DNA of 63,128 nucleotides, counting the filler, from Collodictyon triciliatum (Eukaryota): assembly GCA_043381765.1 (NCBI GenBank). It is 9 parts of 9 records of this genome, joined end to end, with 100 filler letters (N's around TTAATTAATTAA, not from the genome) between each part and the next. Parts side by side here need not be neighbours in the genome. Positions count along the whole stretch, not along the records: positions 56,560 to 63,128 come from JBHJMP010004377.1; 8 more parts are not named here. One strand, 5' to 3'. The notes beneath the pieces were generated by a model that made no database searches, was not told the DNA's origin, and saw nothing but the letters and a program-made list of their open reading frames with translations. How positions within the stretch are numbered: position 1 is the first letter of the stretch; each line of letters opens with the position of its first letter. Position numbers and translations under genes: made by a program. Below are positions 63,049 through 63,128 of this stretch, one piece after another.

Positions 63049-63128
<80 letters not shown>

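Overview
This window is not one locus. It is nine unrelated eukaryotic scaffolds, mostly about 6.57 kb, joined by artificial 100-nt linkers (N44-TTAATTAATTAA-N44); most scaffold ends fall in microsatellites or homopolymers. The organism is an AT-rich, intron-rich microbial eukaryote using the standard code and GT-AG introns. Recognisable spliced genes are an ICE1-like protein, Rad17, a PDI, eIF3k, CTP synthase, TBC1D5, the 3' part of TBCK, an ankyrin protein, an FHA/RVxF Ki-67-like protein and an Elongin-A-like/RNI-LRR protein. Four accessory signals stand out. (1) An LRR-Cys-rich-multipass membrane receptor gene has 16 consecutive 69-nt phase-1 exons, one LRR each, and a 244-bp solo LTR in one intron. 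(2) A gene encodes a signal peptide, 21 WD40 repeats and a Cys-rich module, and contains a recent internal duplication. (3) The end of a probable endogenous DNA virus (fibre-like ORF, small Cys-motif membrane ORF, palindrome-rich terminus) abuts the CTP synthase 3' end. (4) A hairpin-dense intergenic segment is a candidate ncRNA. All homology calls are from motif recognition by eye; no searches were run.
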